Of a stretch of 36,683 bases of DNA, positions 35,951 to 36,683 are shown in pieces (the first letter of the stretch is position 1; every line of letters starts with the position of its first letter). The notes below the pieces were generated by a model. It saw only the letters and a list, made by a program, of their open reading frames with translations. It had not been told where the DNA came from and did not search any database. The stretch spans positions 64,708 through 101,390 of the forward strand of contig NW_014040371.1 in NCBI RefSeq assembly GCF_001186125.1. Reading direction: 5' to 3'. The position numbers and the translations under genes were made by a program. Source of the stretch: Sphaeroforma arctica JP610. Its lineage: Eukaryota.

Positions 35951-36606
35951 CATGTGTATCTGTTGTGAGGTTGTTTGATATAACATGCACCACGGCAACG
36001 GTCAAAGGCATAGCCGGACCAGCGGGCAAAAACTCATTCGGCTCACAGCCACACTATTAAGTATACAGACAAGGATTGCGAAAGATAGAGCGTGTGTATC
36101 TGTTATGCCCTATTCGATATAGTCCAGCGTCGCGTACATGTAGACACGTCTGTTCTGTACACAATGCATGTAGATTGTAGACCATAGGGTGAAGGAGTAT
36201 ACAACGTGTGTCTCAGGTGTGCACGGTTCCATACGCCATGATTTAAAGACAAATATATTGTAGTGTATGGTGCGTACAGACAAGGTTGTGAGAATAAAGC
36301 ATGTACATCTGGTGTGTTATGAAATGTGGATCAGAAACGCGGGTATGCGTACTAGTGTGCAGTATACGACTCCGGTGTGCATGTGGACAGCGGTTAAGTA
36401 GTTCGTATGTAGTGTGTCTGGTGTGTAAAATTCGACAATGAATCTTCACGTGCGTGTAGACAGATGTATATGAAGCAAGCAGGTAAAAGAAAAATATATA
36501 TTCATATCCATACATACATATATATGCAAATACATGAACACATTCACATATATATACATATACATGTACATATATCATTTAAACAGACACCAACACACAA
36601 AATAAC

Positions 36607-36643
<37 letters not shown>

Positions 36644-36644
36644 C

Positions 36645-36677
<33 letters not shown>

Positions 36678-36683
36678 NTGTGT

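Overview
Eukaryotic, intron-rich genomic DNA with GT-AG introns, microsatellites and two assembly gaps. The style suggests a unicellular opisthokont/protist such as an ichthyosporean, but this is only an impression. Four host genes are present: (1) a 5'-incomplete class-3 lipase whose spliced ORF continues into a PDI-like thioredoxin-fold domain without CxxC (+, 58-6213); (2) a 3-exon Pmp3/RCI2 proteolipid (-); (3) an intronless SLC34 Na+/phosphate cotransporter (-); (4) a 5'-incomplete protein phosphatase 5 (-, 9 exons visible). Between about 15.5 and 28 kb lies a nest of decayed transposons. A Ty1/copia remnant is split by a solo LTR (4-bp TSD CAGT). A hAT transposase is split by a Ty3/gypsy element of the same LTR family. 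The most unusual signals are (a) this gypsy element carries a DIRS-type DNA N6-adenine methyltransferase (DMFA...NPPW) between RNase H and a DDE integrase, and (b) lipase intron 1 holds a 513-bp insert, flanked by a perfect 15-bp direct repeat, that contains the C-terminus of a TnpB/Fanzor nuclease followed by a hairpin-rich 3' region resembling an omegaRNA.
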